Origin: a virus
Lineage: Duplodnaviria; Caudoviricetes
Strand: one strand, 5' to 3'
IMG/VR virus record: IMGVR_UViG_3300030397_000415
Span: 1-46,096 of that record
Length of the DNA: 46,096 nucleotides
The stretch's first letter is position 1, and each line of letters starts with the position of its first letter. The notes under the pieces were generated by a model. The model made no database searches. It was not told where the DNA came from and saw only the letters and a list, made by a program, of their open reading frames with translations. The translations under genes were made by a program, and so were the position numbers. Shown one piece after another: positions 34,992-43,984 of this stretch.

Positions 34992-35732
34992 CTACTTGTC
35001 GTCTTTGTCGTAAACGAGAGGGCGACGGCGAGCCTGCTCCGCCTCGACAAAATCAATAGCGGCCGATCGTCGGGCTAGTTCGATTTGAAGCTCCTCGACC
35101 TTGTCGCGAAGTCGGAGGATTTCACTCTCGTTCGCGTTGACCTTCTCGATCGTTTGCTTCCGGCCCGCGACTTCGGTCTCGATCCCCCGAAGGCGCTCGT
35201 CATGGCGATCGAGCCGAGGAGCGACGTACTTGTCGTGCTCGTCGCGGTTCCAGCGGCGACCAGAGCGGGAGGCGAGGTCAGTCTTGACCTCTCGGATCTC
35301 CGACTGCGCTAAGGCGAGGATGTGCTGGTCGCGTTCGTCGACGTATTTGGACAAGGCTATGATGTCGTCGCCTAAGCGGCGCTCGTTGTCTTTGATACCT
35401 TCGGAAAGGATATCGTTTGCTCGTTCAGCGTCTTTCCGCTCCCAACGAGTCTTCGCAATCTCTTGCTGGTCGTTGATCAGCTCTTTTTGATTTTCTTTCA
35501 ACTCTACGATCGATTGAATGTACGGACTTCCAATCGCGCCGATTAGGAGAACGGTTGTACCAATGATAGCAGCAAGTTGGCCGATATTCCATCGACCAAC
35601 TGTATCTAGTTTCACTGATACATTGTCTAGAGTCTTCTGCATGTTGGTCTGGCCCTCGGCCATAGCTGCAACAGCAGTCTCTAGACGAGCAATCCTCTGC
35701 CCGTGATTTCCGTTCCCGTTCTGTTCGCTCAT
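34992..35732 (-). CDS. Membrane-anchored coiled-coil protein
   Basis: One hydrophobic segment (LAAIIGTTVLLIGAIG) followed by a long coiled coil. Confidence 0.65.
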   Translation of the reverse strand: MSEQNGNGNHGQRIARLETAVAAMAEGQTNMQKTLDNVSVKLDTVGRWNIGQLAAIIGTTVLLIGAIGSPYIQSIVELKENQKELINDQQEIAKTRWERKDAERANDILSEGIKDNERRLGDDIIALSKYVDERDQHILALAQSEIREVKTDLASRSGRRWNRDEHDKYVAPRLDRHDERLRGIETEVAGRKQTIEKVNANESEILRLRDKVEELQIELARRSAAIDFVEAEQARRRPLVYDKDDK

Positions 35733-36110
35733 CTAGACCCTAGCTCGGCACTTATAGGTTGCCCCAAACGGATCGCGACTCACCCCATCTTCGACAATGG
35801 TATGGGTTGATCCTTCGATAACGATTCTGTTATCCGGAGTCGGGACCACACCCGAGGGGAGGGTAGCTCCAAGGAGAACAATTTCGCGGTTCGCTTGTTG
35901 AACGTTTCCCGGAGATTGATTATTGAGATATCGAGAAATAAATCCCTTACACTGATAGGATTGTTCGGATCCGGCATTCTTCTTACTTGGATTGGTGGCA
36001 TCTCGAGTCCCTTCACTGACTTGGACAAGAGTTGCATCTAGAACATCCCCAGCTTGGGAGATAGAATCGGCGATAATCTTCGCTCCCGGAATCTTAAACA
36101 GATCAACCAT
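35733..36110 (-). CDS. Head-tail adaptor / head closure protein
   Basis: Size, context and C-terminal V.RDP.GATY.C..R motif. Confidence 0.7.
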   Translation of the reverse strand: MVDLFKIPGAKIIADSISQAGDVLDATLVQVSEGTRDATNPSKKNAGSEQSYQCKGFISRYLNNQSPGNVQQANREIVLLGATLPSGVVPTPDNRIVIEGSTHTIVEDGVSRDPFGATYKCRARV

Positions 36111-36931
36111 TAGGCGAGTCCTTCGTTGAGGGTGAATCCAGCATCGGAGCCGAATTGGCTACTGATGTCATCACTCACTCCGGTGTTGTTTGCTGGCCCA
36201 AAGGTTGCACCATCTCCCGAAATGAAGTTGCAGAGAAGGTCGAACACAATCTTCGGGAAAGGAGTCCCACCCGTCCCGCTAGTGTCTACAGTGGGAATGA
36301 AGAACTCAACTTCCGCAGTATCAGCCTTGACTCGCTTGATATTGGAGCCAGTCCCTCCGCTAGTCTCAAGACTGGTGTCTTGGCTAAGTTCGTAAGCCAG
36401 TTCGATCTGCGCATCTCCTAACTCCGTGGGGTATGTGCTGTCGTCGACAGTGATGCTGTTCTTGCGGGTTAGGCCTTTGCGGGGGAATTGTGCTGTCTGT
36501 TCCTGGAACGTGAGGGCCAAAGTACAGCCGGTTCCTCCTGAAGGGCTAACGGTCGTTGCGCTTGTAGCGTCAGGATCTACAGTGTAGAGCCCAACGTCCA
36601 AGAGTTGAATAGTTGCGACAGCAGATCCCGAGAGTGTGAGGACTTCCGCAGTAGCAGCAGTCCCGGTTCCTGTCGAGACGCTCAGAACATCTCCCACACT
36701 GTATCCCGTACCTCCTGCCGCCACGGTCGCGGTAGCGACTACGTTTACGGGAGTGATAGACCCATCGTAAGCAATCCTCTCTATGAGGCGAAATGCTGTA
36801 AGCAGTGCTCGATCTTGAGAATCTGGATCCAATCCTACCCAAGCTGTAGCTCTAGTGCTGTCGTCTAGATACGTGGTCGCCTGAGACCTAGAACGATAAG
36901 TGTTTGACCCGATTACAAGTTTGCTAGGCAT
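36110..36931 (-). CDS. Head-tail connector (DnaT-like) with inserted GGTGY domain
   Basis: NTY....A..Y, AL..A...I, QFPR, AQ.ELA, IKRVK...EVEF; ~80-aa insert at 36503-36742. Confidence 0.72.
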   Translation of the reverse strand: MPSKLVIGSNTYRSRSQATTYLDDSTRATAWVGLDPDSQDRALLTAFRLIERIAYDGSITPVNVVATATVAAGGTGYSVGDVLSVSTGTGTAATAEVLTLSGSAVATIQLLDVGLYTVDPDATSATTVSPSGGTGCTLALTFQEQTAQFPRKGLTRKNSITVDDSTYPTELGDAQIELAYELSQDTSLETSGGTGSNIKRVKADTAEVEFFIPTVDTSGTGGTPFPKIVFDLLCNFISGDGATFGPANNTGVSDDISSQFGSDAGFTLNEGLA

Positions 36932-37313
36932 TAGTCACGTTCTGTAGAATAGTCAGGGTTCCGGTAGAGCTTACGATGCCGTCTGTATTAGTGCCCGAGA
37001 ATACCTCAAGCTCCATATAGTAATTTCCGGGAGTGAGGGAAGAAGTGTCCGAGGGAGCAAAAGTAAAGCGAACATTACCATCCGTAGCCGGAGCAAGAAT
37101 CTCTAGCTGGCTAGAAGTGTCCGTCCGATGATCGATCAAGGGATTATCCTTGAGTGGTTGGTTGTTGGGCCCAAATCGAGCCACGGCAAATTTCACGATA
37201 AGACCCGTAAGGTCTTGAGCTGCCGCACTAGTCGCATTGCTGACTTTTACAGGCCAATCGAGAATTAGCTTGTTTCCAGCATAGAGTGTCGCGTTTTGTC
37301 CAGTTTGGACCAT
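36924..37313 (-). CDS. BppU-like Ig-fold virion protein
   Basis: AG...L...V..DLTG....F, G.V.F..APSDT..L.PG.YY.ELEV pattern. Confidence 0.65.
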   Translation of the reverse strand: MVQTGQNATLYAGNKLILDWPVKVSNATSAAAQDLTGLIVKFAVARFGPNNQPLKDNPLIDHRTDTSSQLEILAPATDGNVRFTFAPSDTSSLTPGNYYMELEVFSGTNTDGIVSSTGTLTILQNVTNA

Positions 37314-37365
37314 TTTGATAATGCAATGTAACTAAGTCAACAAAAAGGCAATATACACTAAATTC

Positions 37366-39759
37366 TCAATCACAGATAGAAGCTTTTAGAGAAACAGAGT
37401 CTACATAGCTCGCTTGGAGAGTGATTGAGTCTACATAGCTCGCTTGGAGAGTCGCCGAGTCTATGTAAGATGCTTGTAAGGTGGCTGAATCGACATAGGA
37501 TGCCTGGAGAGTGGTCGTCTCGACAAACGAGGCGGACAACACCTTGATACACTCCGCAGCGGCCATCCCCTGGAGTATCGTACCAGCAGCTTGGAGCGTT
37601 GGAAGGTTTGCCGCCCCCGTACTGATGACAAACGTCTGTACAAGGACCCCACTCGCCTGAAGTGTTGGAAGAATACCCTCTCCGGAGAGAGTGAAATCAT
37701 CCTGATTGTTGATCGTCCCCGAAGCTTCGAGAGTCGGGAGAGTCCCAGCTCCGCTGAGAGTGAAGATCTGCAGCATCGCCCCAGTAGCCTGGAGCGTTGG
37801 AAGGTTGCCAGTGCCCGTAAGGGTAAAGGATTGGGTCAGTGTCCCACTGGCAGTCAGGGTGGGGAGCGTGGCGGAGCCAGATAGAAGGAATCTCTGGGCT
37901 ACCACTCCCGTGGCGGAGAGGACAGGAAGGGTGCCAGTCCCTGACAGGGTGAAAGTGAGTTGCAGAGTCCCCGACGCGCTAAGAGTCGGGAGGTTCGCCG
38001 TCCCACTTAGGGAGAACGTCTGTGTGAGAGTGCCACTCGCTTCGAGTGTTGGAAGAATACCCTCGCCGCTCAGAGTGACAGTGTCTTGATTATTGAGAAC
38101 TCCGCTAGCTTCGAGCGTAGGTAGAGTCCCAGTCCCGCTCAGGGAGAAGAGCTGAGACAGCGTGCCACTAGCACTAAGAGTCGGCAGCGTCCCTGTACCG
38201 GATAGTGTGAATCCTTGTACGAGGGTACCACTAGCGCTCAGTGTTGGAAGATTAGCAGTCCCGCTGAGAGTGAATGTCTGGGTGACCGTCCCGCTAGCCG
38301 TCAGTGTCGGAAGAGTACCCGTTCCACTGAGGGTATGCGTTTGAGTGAGAGTACCACTAGCACTAAGAGTTGGGAGACTAGGAGTCCCTGAGAGCGAGAA
38401 GATCTGGTCGAGATTACCAGTCGCTGTCAGTGTTGGGAGATTAGCGGTTCCACTGGTGATCGTGAAGACAAGCAAGTCCTCAGTAAACCACTCAATGAAG
38501 ATACCTTTAGTGCTGCTCCCAATGATGTCCGTATAGTCGAGAGTCAGGCTGCCATCACTGAACGAATCAATCTCCGCGGAGATCTCGCTCGTCTCAGCGA
38601 AGTTAGCAAGGAAGACAGCTTTGTTCTTAGCTAGACTCTTAGTGTCGGTCGTAGCAGCGGCGGAAGTAAACATGAACCCCGCGCTAGCTTCCTGCCCAGC
38701 ATCTCCTGTACCTCGGCTCCAGCGAGTGAAGTTGTCGTTCCTTTCGGAAGGTCCATAATCGTCTGGATCTACAAAGTGAGCAACGACGTTGATAGCATCC
38801 GCAGTAGCAGAGATACCCGTCTTCCCTTCACCCAAAGCGTAGGTATCATATGCCTGAGTTCCGGTCGTTGTCCTCTGCTCTCCGGCGATCAGGCCGTGAG
38901 GCTGTGGTGTGTCATGCTTAATGCTGAGGGCAGTTACTCCGAGAGTAGCTCCGATATCCCTAGTGGTGATCTCAAACCCGGTCGCAGTCCAGTCTGTCAG
39001 CTCCCCACTGACTTTTGTTCCACCAACATATTCGATTGGAGGTCCGGAGTCCAGATCGATATCGACCGCTCGGATGCAGCGATTCGTAGCCACCGATCCT
39101 GCGCCCTGATTGTTCGTTACTTCCGGACTGTTGTCTTCATCGTGAGACGTGATGGAGAATTGGGTGATCCCATCGTTGGCGAGACGATGGGCAACTCCAT
39201 ACATCGCCCGGAAATGGTTGAAGTTACCGGTGCCAGTTAGAGAGCTACTAGCAAAGTGAACATAGTCAGGCTTGAACCCTGGAGCTACAGTAGTACTCGC
39301 ATCCAGAGTGGAATTGGTATTGAACGTATCTACCGAAGCTTGGCCATCACCGAACCAAAGGGTAACCGTGATTCCTACAGCGTCCGAAGGAGGGTTCGTC
39401 CAGTTTAGTCTAATCCCTCCAGTAATGAACGAGACAGTAGCAATCGCTGCGGTGTTACGATTCGTCTTATTATGGAGATGGATTACCCGATTGGTATACC
39501 TACCCCGCCAAGTATCCGAGATGGACCCAGCAATGCCGTCCTCAGTTCCCGCGCTATGGCAGACTTGAGTTGTACCGTCGTAGAACCCAACCGAGATACG
39601 GGCATGGGCTTCGATACCTGCCAATCCGGGACCAGTAGCACCCGAGCACCAGACTTCACACGCGATCGGGCTAGTAGTCTCACCTGGTTTGGTGATGTCC
39701 TGAGTCCCGGCAGTGGTACGAGCAGTGGCAATCTGAGGGGTCTTAACCCTGAGAGCCAT
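37366..39759 (-). CDS. Fibre-like virion protein with tandem 21-aa and 10-aa repeats
   Basis: AGGAGG-7nt-ATG at 39759; beta-rich N-terminal region, 14 copies of F.LSG...LPTL.ASG, C-terminal LQASYVDS repeats. Confidence 0.7.
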   Translation of the reverse strand: MALRVKTPQIATARTTAGTQDITKPGETTSPIACEVWCSGATGPGLAGIEAHARISVGFYDGTTQVCHSAGTEDGIAGSISDTWRGRYTNRVIHLHNKTNRNTAAIATVSFITGGIRLNWTNPPSDAVGITVTLWFGDGQASVDTFNTNSTLDASTTVAPGFKPDYVHFASSSLTGTGNFNHFRAMYGVAHRLANDGITQFSITSHDEDNSPEVTNNQGAGSVATNRCIRAVDIDLDSGPPIEYVGGTKVSGELTDWTATGFEITTRDIGATLGVTALSIKHDTPQPHGLIAGEQRTTTGTQAYDTYALGEGKTGISATADAINVVAHFVDPDDYGPSERNDNFTRWSRGTGDAGQEASAGFMFTSAAATTDTKSLAKNKAVFLANFAETSEISAEIDSFSDGSLTLDYTDIIGSSTKGIFIEWFTEDLLVFTITSGTANLPTLTATGNLDQIFSLSGTPSLPTLSASGTLTQTHTLSGTGTLPTLTASGTVTQTFTLSGTANLPTLSASGTLVQGFTLSGTGTLPTLSASGTLSQLFSLSGTGTLPTLEASGVLNNQDTVTLSGEGILPTLEASGTLTQTFSLSGTANLPTLSASGTLQLTFTLSGTGTLPVLSATGVVAQRFLLSGSATLPTLTASGTLTQSFTLTGTGNLPTLQATGAMLQIFTLSGAGTLPTLEASGTINNQDDFTLSGEGILPTLQASGVLVQTFVISTGAANLPTLQAAGTILQGMAAAECIKVLSASFVETTTLQASYVDSATLQASYIDSATLQASYVDSITLQASYVDSVSLKASICD
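37397..37452. repeat. 26-nt exact direct repeat with 30-nt period (coding)
   Basis: gagtctacatagctcgcttggagagt at 37397-37422 and 37427-37452; degenerate copies continue to about 37540. Confidence 0.9.
37567..38466 (-). repeat. Coding tandem repeat, 14 x ~63 nt
   Basis: 14 LP[TV]L.A units counted in the translation. Confidence 0.9.
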
Positions 39760-39851
39760 TTTTTGTCCTCCTACTTGGGTGCCGGTTGATGAAACTGTAT
39801 GCTCAACGAATCGCTCGGGATTACGCCGACGTACTCGTTGAGCCACTTCAT

Positions 39852-41177
39852 TTAATTCAAGACAGTATCCATATACAGACGCATCGGTCCAGCGATCGAT
39901 TCATCTTCGATCGGATGGGTCTCTTCTGGATTGTTTACGAGATCGTACAATTCCTCGTATCCGCCAGGACCATCCTGACGGCGGAACTTGTGAGTTTTGT
40001 TGAGGACGGCTTCGTCCCAATCGCTGTCGTCACCTCGACGGAACCCTACATAGACCAGATCACGGATTGGTCCACTGTCCGGATCTAGCAGTAGAGGCAT
40101 CATGGAGATTGAATCGTCGGCACTGCCAGGGACAGGCTGCTCGGCAATCTCTGCGAGGGTAGCGTAGATATCTACGATGGAGACTAGCTCTTCGCAGACC
40201 TCTCCCTTTGCAACTCCCGGCCCTCTTACGATAAGGGGGACATTGATTCCATTCTCGAACGTAGTGGCCTTACCCTTGAACGGATCAACTCCGGGTTGCG
40301 CGTTACCACTAAAGGTTCCATTATCCGCAGCAACGAAGATCCAACTCTCCTTCGGCAGGCTTTCCACTAGGCGGCCAATCTCGATGTCGATGGATACCAC
40401 CATAGCCTCAAACTGCTCTCGGGGAGTCTGGGCCGGAGGATATCCCGGAGGGAGTGCGTATGCCGGGGGATTGTGGAGAGGAGTATGCGGTGAGAAGTAA
40501 TTCTGGTAGACAAACCTCGGCCCGCGTTGCGCCGGATTCCAGTTGATCGCTGCATCTGTTTGGGCGATCGTAGCATAGAGAGTCTCTACTGACTCGATAC
40601 CGTCATCGATACGTTGCCAGTTCTCATAGCCGTTAGAATTGCAACGAGGGCCAAGTCCCATACCCAAATGGGCGGGACCACCAGCGCGCCAGGTGTCATA
40701 TCCGTTCTCAAGGGGAGTGACTAGCCAACCATTGGGCGAGATCCCCGTATGCCATTTCCCAAAGAGGCCAGTACTGTATCCTCCGGCCTTCATGATGTCC
40801 GGCATCGTGATATACTCGTCGGGATCGAGTACTGGAGCGGCGATTGGATTAGTAGAGTCCGGGGGAAATCTACAGGTCCCTGAGAAAAAGAACGGATCCC
40901 ACCTACCACGATGCAGGGTCAGTCTGGTATTAGCGCAAGCCGGCATAGCGTACGCACGCGTGAACTTCGTACCCTGGGCAGCCAGCGCATCCAGATTAGG
41001 AGTCGAGATCAACTCCAGGTCTGAGCGGGCAATGTCATCCAACATAATAAGGACGACATCACCTTGCAGCTGCTCCGTAGGTGCGGAAGCAAACTTTCCC
41101 TGAGGCGCGACCTCAAGGGACAGAGCTGCCTCGGGAGAGCAAGCAGCAACAAGGGCTAGGATAAGAAGAGAACGCAT
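39852..41177 (-). CDS. Sulfatase (formylglycine-dependent S1 family), predicted lipoprotein
   Basis: Lipobox LVAAC; IMLDD, TPNLDALAAQG, CANTR (CxxxR), GYSTGLFGKWH, PHTP, ADNG, GKATTFENGINVPLIVRGP, ELYDL..NPEE. Confidence 0.9.
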   Translation of the reverse strand: MRSLLILALVAACSPEAALSLEVAPQGKFASAPTEQLQGDVVLIMLDDIARSDLELISTPNLDALAAQGTKFTRAYAMPACANTRLTLHRGRWDPFFFSGTCRFPPDSTNPIAAPVLDPDEYITMPDIMKAGGYSTGLFGKWHTGISPNGWLVTPLENGYDTWRAGGPAHLGMGLGPRCNSNGYENWQRIDDGIESVETLYATIAQTDAAINWNPAQRGPRFVYQNYFSPHTPLHNPPAYALPPGYPPAQTPREQFEAMVVSIDIEIGRLVESLPKESWIFVAADNGTFSGNAQPGVDPFKGKATTFENGINVPLIVRGPGVAKGEVCEELVSIVDIYATLAEIAEQPVPGSADDSISMMPLLLDPDSGPIRDLVYVGFRRGDDSDWDEAVLNKTHKFRRQDGPGGYEELYDLVNNPEETHPIEDESIAGPMRLYMDTVLN

Positions 41178-41183
41178 TAATTA

Positions 41184-41615
41184 TCAGCCTTCAGGCAGAG
41201 TAATGGTACAGCTAGTGATTTCAACTTCTGCGCCCGACTGAATGGAGGCAGAGTTGATAATGAGTTCGGTGCCGGAAGTGCCAACCGTCACTTGGATAAC
41301 ATCGTTGCTGTCCGAATCTTCAAACCGAGCGAAGGTAGCAGTGCCGGTGGCGTTAGCACTCGTGTCGCTAAGTCCGCCAGTCACATCCAACACAGCTTGA
41401 GCACCAGGCCCAGCATCAGTAGCAGCACCAAACGCAGGATCATTGAGAGTGATCTCCGCAAGCACCGTATTGCCAGACAAAGCATCATCCACCAGACCGG
41501 TACCAGGAATCGTCCCAGCGTAAATACGAAGCACGCCAGCACCAGCACCAGCATCAACAGCATCAACAATTGCGTCCAACGCAGTGAGCGCCGAACTGTT
41601 CGTCATGGAAGCCAT
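41184..41615 (-). CDS. Putative virion structural protein
   Basis: Ala/Gly/Thr-rich; LRIYAG..P, A.ATGTATFAR pattern common in phage fibre/decoration modules. Confidence 0.65.
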   Translation of the reverse strand: MASMTNSSALTALDAIVDAVDAGAGAGVLRIYAGTIPGTGLVDDALSGNTVLAEITLNDPAFGAATDAGPGAQAVLDVTGGLSDTSANATGTATFARFEDSDSNDVIQVTVGTSGTELIINSASIQSGAEVEITSCTITLPEG

Positions 41616-41618
41616 AGT

Positions 41619-41822
41619 TCAAATTAGATTTCGAGAAACAGTAGTGCCGTCATCTTTGACGGTGAAAGAGTTATCGGACCAGGTGATCTTAGTTCCTCCG
41701 ATGTCCTGAGGAGGGATTCCAGGATAGGGAGAAAAAGGATATTGCGGCCTACCGCATGTAGGACAATGACCGCAAGTGGGGCAGGGACGGGGTGGGGAAG
41801 TGTAATTAAAGTCGTAATACAT
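41619..41822 (-). CDS. Small zinc-finger protein
   Basis: CPTCGHCPTCG; TGATG coupling to the portal gene. Confidence 0.6.
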   Translation of the reverse strand: MYYDFNYTSPPRPCPTCGHCPTCGRPQYPFSPYPGIPPQDIGGTKITWSDNSFTVKDDGTTVSRNLI

Positions 41823-43252
41823 CAGTTTTCTCCTCGCTGGAGATTATCTTCTTCGTCTATTGGATCATCCTCCGGCAATGTCCCATCAACATTCAGCCCA
41901 ACTTCTTGGGCCACTTCTAGAGGATCAACCGGGCTGAGCCCCAGCATCTCCCTCACTTCGTTGATGGCAGGATCGCCCGGCATCAATCCGGCACGGTTGA
42001 GATCACCCAGAGCTTGGGTAACTTCCGTCACCTGGCGCATACTGAGCTTTTCGGTGATTAAACGACACTTGAGGTCCGGATTCCAGCCATTCATCATCCA
42101 AACCAGATCGCGGACGTCGCGTTCCATGTTTTCCGCAACATCCTGGAGCAATCCATCGATCATAGTCATGAAGACCCTCAGTTTGTTGTTACTGAGAGCC
42201 AATGAACCTGCCGAATCGTCTCCCAAGATGAGAAATTCGGTCGTATACGCTCGCGCGATCTCTTTTTCCTTGCGTCGGATCGCTTTATCGACCGGCTCGT
42301 GGGCTTTTTGGCCTCCATCGAGTACTTGAATGTCGAATTGACGGACCGGAGAGGGAGTCATAGCCTCGTTCGTGGTCGTGTAAGTCCGTGAATCGAGGAA
42401 CAGCCCCAGAGCCGGGTTGTTGATATGCTTCTTCAGAAAGTCGTTCAGGGGTGCCAAAAGCTTGTCCATGGTGGACTGTTTCATCATTCCGCGATCGACT
42501 TTCGCCTGCATATCGCTGAGTGGAGCTCTCGCAACCGGAATTCCCCGAAGATCGGTCTCGTATCCGTACCCTTCAAGCTCTTCCAGCCTCATCAGCTGCC
42601 GCACAGCCTCCGCAGTGTGGCGCAGCAGCCCCAAACCCTCCGGACTGTCGTTCAGAGCATCGTCCACAAAGTACAGCATCTTCACTCGGGGAATGTAGAT
42701 GTCCCTTTGACGCTGCGGTTCCCTCTGTACGACCCCAAACACGGTCCCATCGTCCTCAATATCCCACTGTCGGATCGTAATTTGGGGCCTAGGCTCGATA
42801 TCTTCGATCCCAAAGACGCCATCTTCCCTGATTTTTCCGACGATTTCGTGGACGCTAAACCCGTAAAATTTCCCCGTCGCAACTCGTTTTACGATGTTAT
42901 TTAGAGGGGTTTTCATGTCGTGCAGGATGTTTTCGAACTGTTTTGCCAGCGTTTTGGCCTCTTCGATCTCCTGCTCGGTCAATTCTGTGCCGTCAAGCTT
43001 CGTTTCCGGAGGGATGCACTTCCATTTTGCCTTCTCCACCGTGTTCAAAGTCACTCGGACCGAAGCACCGACGATTGTACAGTTGACAATGTGGTTTGAG
43101 AACGTCTTGTAGCGCTGTCGTCCCGTGAGAGCGGCATTTTTCTCTCTTTCGAAGACAAATCCTCCGTAAACCGGAGTGCCACTAGCCCCTACTCGGCTGG
43201 TGGGAGTGCTACTACGACGAAGAGATCTTACGATTGAGTCGAGGGCGGCCAT
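41822..43252 (-). CDS. Portal protein (DUF935 / Mu gp29-like)
   Basis: YGFSVHE, PRPQ.TI..W, SPEGLGLLR, GIPV, GS.ALS, EVREMLGL; position downstream of the terminase. Confidence 0.88.
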   Translation of the reverse strand: MAALDSIVRSLRRSSTPTSRVGASGTPVYGGFVFEREKNAALTGRQRYKTFSNHIVNCTIVGASVRVTLNTVEKAKWKCIPPETKLDGTELTEQEIEEAKTLAKQFENILHDMKTPLNNIVKRVATGKFYGFSVHEIVGKIREDGVFGIEDIEPRPQITIRQWDIEDDGTVFGVVQREPQRQRDIYIPRVKMLYFVDDALNDSPEGLGLLRHTAEAVRQLMRLEELEGYGYETDLRGIPVARAPLSDMQAKVDRGMMKQSTMDKLLAPLNDFLKKHINNPALGLFLDSRTYTTTNEAMTPSPVRQFDIQVLDGGQKAHEPVDKAIRRKEKEIARAYTTEFLILGDDSAGSLALSNNKLRVFMTMIDGLLQDVAENMERDVRDLVWMMNGWNPDLKCRLITEKLSMRQVTEVTQALGDLNRAGLMPGDPAINEVREMLGLSPVDPLEVAQEVGLNVDGTLPEDDPIDEEDNLQRGEN

Positions 43253-43461
43253 TATTGTAGACTGTATCCTCCAAAGGGATCAGTGAATCGGGAGGAATCT
43301 TCCTCTTCTTCCTCTTCGATGTCCGGAATCACCACAACTCCTGTCCCCACACAGGTCTTGCAGGTCACATACTCGGTGGTGGCGTGAGTGTGAGGATACA
43401 ACCCGCGATGAACTTCGCGAGCTCCGTTGCAGACAGGACATTTGAAAGGAGTATAAGCCAT
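43252..43461 (-). CDS. Small DnaJ-type zinc-finger protein
   Basis: CPVCNG and CKTCVGTG; TAATG coupling to the portal gene. Confidence 0.65.
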   Translation of the reverse strand: MAYTPFKCPVCNGAREVHRGLYPHTHATTEYVTCKTCVGTGVVVIPDIEEEEEEDSSRFTDPFGGYSLQ

Positions 43462-43462
43462 A

Positions 43463-43984
43463 TTAGTCCGCCAGATTCAGTGCTGCGAGACATTCGTGGT
43501 GCTTGTCTCTCCATTCAGGTCCGTGAGCGAGTTCTTCGTCCCAAGTGAGGAGATGTGCCCACTCGTGCGCAAGACTATAGACGGCCAGGCTGTCGTTGAT
43601 CCGTGGGCTGTGATGATCGCACTCCCCAATCACAACGTGCAGGATCGGACAGAAGCCACAGTCTTGAGTCCAGGCGTGCATGCCCGTCCCTTCGAGAGCA
43701 CTCTCATGCACCAGCGTGACACTATAGTCTCTGTTGGGAGGGCATTTCTCTTCGAGAATCTCCACAGCTGTCTCGAAATTCAGATTCCACTCCAGTTCCG
43801 GAGCATCGATCGGAGGGCGATGAGGACCTGCCGTACAGCTGAGAAGAAACAGTTCGAAGAACACTATCAGCACGATAGTCCAGGCGATCATCTGGAGACT
43901 CCGCGACAAGCTCGCTCGCCTCTTCACTTTCGCAAAGTGCGCTCGATGCAGCATCGCTTCCTGCTCTGGCGTGATCTTATTCAA
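43463..43984 (-). CDS. SprT-like HExxH zinc metallopeptidase, membrane-anchored
   Basis: AHEWAH...HGPEW; N-terminal hydrophobic segment ending LLSC. Confidence 0.65.
   Translation of the reverse strand: MNKITPEQEAMLHRAHFAKVKRRASLSRSLQMIAWTIVLIVFFELFLLSCTAGPHRPPIDAPELEWNLNFETAVEILEEKCPPNRDYSVTLVHESALEGTGMHAWTQDCGFCPILHVVIGECDHHSPRINDSLAVYSLAHEWAHLLTWDEELAHGPEWRDKHHECLAALNLAD

Noticed and set aside
34904-35059. 51-aa plus-strand ORF with CRLC, resembling an HNH start
   Set aside because: The CxxC arises from the antisense of the 246-aa gene's 3' end and there is no HNH core.
34992-35732. Lysis cassette (holin or spanin call)
   Set aside because: The TM plus coiled coil is suggestive, but no endolysin or partner lipoprotein is recognisable nearby.
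37397-37540. 30-nt periodic direct repeats resembling a mini CRISPR array
   Set aside because: The spacers are only 4 nt, the repeats are in frame within a coding 10-aa repeat, and there are no cas genes.
37567-38466. Repeats as a possible DGR template/variable pair
   Set aside because: No reverse transcriptase in the window; the differences look synonymous or general, not adenine-specific.
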